Shown one piece after another: positions 1 to 273 of a stretch of DNA of 273 nucleotides. The stretch is taken from assembly GCF_003334405.1 (NCBI RefSeq), contig NZ_QOWM01000073.1; one strand, written 5' to 3'. Position 1 is the first letter of the stretch, and every line of letters begins with the position of its first letter. The notes beneath the pieces are model-generated. The model searched no databases. It saw only the letters and a program-made list of their open reading frames with translations, and was not told the origin of the DNA. Origin of the DNA: Escherichia coli (GTDB lineage Bacteria > Pseudomonadota > Gammaproteobacteria > Enterobacterales > Enterobacteriaceae). The translations under genes and the position numbers were made by a program.

Positions 1-88
1 TGCGGTCCGTCTTCTCCGTCAGCCTGCCGTATTCATCGTGGCGGTAGACATAGTGCGCATCCTCCGCGATGCGGTTAACCACCCGTGC
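1..88 (-). CDS. Rhs-family YD-repeat core, downstream segment in a frame offset by one nucleotide from the upstream segment; continues beyond position 1
   Basis: Reverse-complement frame whose codons include plus 74-76 (AAC, Asn) translates to ARVVNRIAEDAHYVYRHDEYGRLTEKTDR. It is closed on its 5' side by TGA (complement of 89-91). The HDEYGRLTEKTD motif is classic Rhs core. No ATG in this frame within the window; a GTG (complement of 80-82) exists but I see no Shine-Dalgarno-like sequence upstream of it, so independent initiation is unsupported. Confidence 0.7.
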
Positions 89-228
89 TCATCATACTGC
101 CACTGCTCTGCCGGGTCGCCGTTCACCGTCCGGTGCGTGATGCGGTCCGACGCATCGTAGTGCCAGAGGGTGATAAGCCCCTCATCTTCACTCTGCGTGA
201 GTTTTCCGGTCAGGTCATAATGATAACG
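11..228 (-). repeat. Tandem YD-repeat coding units (protein-level periodic repeat of the Rhs shell), about 60 nt period
   Basis: Asp codons of the successive YD/HD dipeptides lie at reverse-complement positions 58-60, 118-120, 181-183 and 237-239 (spacings 60, 63 and 56 nt; the last is not a multiple of 3 because of the frame switch). Short DNA-level echoes of the repeat are also visible, e.g. TGCGGTCCG at 1-9 and 141-149, and GATGCGG at 68-74 and 139-145. Confidence 0.6.
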
Positions 229-273
229 TTGCGTCCGCCCGTCAAAGCCGCCCTGCTGTACCAGCCGGTCCAG
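19..273 (-). CDS. Rhs-family YD-repeat core protein, upstream (N-proximal) segment; 5' end lies beyond position 273; Rhs-like through about position 73, then 17 aberrant codons and a TGA stop (complement of 19-21)
   Basis: Reverse-complement frame starting at plus 273 is open for 84 codons and translates to LDRLVQQGGFDGRTQRYHYDLTGKLTQSEDEGLITLWHYDASDRITHRTVNGDPAEQWQYDEHGWLT, then ASRRMRTMSTATMNTAG and stop. Repeated Y/W-x-Y-D-x-x-(G/D)-(R/K)-(L/I)-T motifs at about 20-codon spacing (plus 193-228, 133-168, 73-105) are the YD-repeat signature. Paralog cannot be assigned from 273 nt. Confidence 0.8.
   Translation of the reverse strand: MDRLVQQGGFDGRTQRYHYDLTGKLTQSEDEGLITLWHYDASDRITHRTVNGDPAEQWQYDEHGWLTASRRMRTMSTATMNTAG
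73..80. other. Perfect 8-bp palindrome GGTTAACC (contains an HpaI recognition sequence GTTAAC) located exactly at the point where the Rhs reading frame switches
   Basis: Read directly: plus 73-80 = GGTTAACC, which is its own reverse complement. The last Rhs-like codon of the upstream frame (ACC, Thr, complement of 73-75) and the first Rhs-like codon of the downstream frame (AAC, Asn, complement of 74-76) overlap within it. Confidence 0.9.

Larger units (their letters stand above)
1..273 (-). pseudogene. Frame-disrupted rhs-family core gene (candidate pseudogene or internally deleted rhs element); alternative explanation is an assembly or sequencing error
   Basis: Two consecutive Rhs-like coding segments lie in different frames on the same strand. 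Each frame is terminated by TGA where it leaves the Rhs-like region (complement of 19-21 and of 89-91). The frames overlap as open sequence only across plus 22-88. Confidence 0.5.

Noticed and set aside
60-95. Programmed ribosomal frameshift as explanation for the frame change
   Set aside because: No slippery heptamer (X XXY YYZ) or downstream structure is evident around the junction, and Rhs genes are not known to use programmed frameshifting. Deletion, indel or assembly error are more parsimonious.
1-149. Direct repeat TGCGGTCCG at 1-9 and 141-149 (plus GATGCGG at 68-74 and 139-145)
   Set aside because: These reflect recurrence of the same codons (complement GAC CGC A, Asp-Arg) in successive YD-repeat units. 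They are too short and irregularly spaced to be CRISPR repeats or IS terminal repeats.
139-156. Small inverted repeat GATGCG-gtccga-CGCATC (6-bp stem, 6-nt loop)
   Set aside because: Short stem, no following T/U tract on either strand, and it sits inside coding sequence. More likely a by-product of repeated Asp-Arg/Asp-Ala codon strings than a terminator or regulatory hairpin.
216-234. Weak -10-like hexamer CATAAT (216-221) on the plus strand
   Set aside because: No acceptable -35 element at the right spacing, and it is embedded in the middle of the Rhs coding frame; treated as chance.
79-273. Plus-strand open reading frame of 65 codons (frame 1, after TAA at 76-78) running antisense to the Rhs coding sequence
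   Set aside because: No ATG near its beginning (first ATG at 220-222), no recognisable ribosome-binding site, translation is low-complexity with no recognisable protein family, and it is antisense to a strongly recognisable conserved coding frame. Long antisense open frames are expected by chance in GC-rich coding DNA.
1-273. tRNA, rRNA or other structured RNA genes, CRISPR array, mobile-element termini
   Set aside because: The whole window is accounted for by Rhs coding sequence in two frames. No cloverleaf-compatible segments, no regularly spaced identical repeats, no terminal inverted repeats seen.

Overview
The whole 273-nt window (about 60% GC; 165 G+C of 273 by my count) reads as minus-strand coding sequence for the YD-repeat core of an Rhs-family protein, the shell-forming part of Rhs polymorphic toxins. 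The reverse complement in one frame translates to LDRLVQQGGFDGRTQRYHYDLTGKLTQSEDEGLITLWHYDASDRITHRTVNGDPAEQWQYDEHGWLT, with YD-repeat motifs about every 20 codons. It then runs into 17 codons with no Rhs character (ASRRMRTMSTATMNTAG) and a TGA (complement of 19-21). A second frame, offset by one nucleotide, is closed upstream by TGA (complement of 89-91) but from plus 76 down to 1 encodes NRIAEDAHYVYRHDEYGRLTEKTDR, again typical Rhs core, and continues out of the window. The Rhs reading frame therefore switches inside the window, at the 8-bp palindrome GGTTAACC (73-80). The gene is frame-disrupted here, either truly (pseudogene, possibly an internal deletion between repeat units) or through an assembly or sequencing error in a multi-copy gene family. 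I see no RNA genes, CRISPR repeats, IS termini or convincing promoter or terminator signals. All protein-level recognition is from memory of Rhs core sequences; no search was run.
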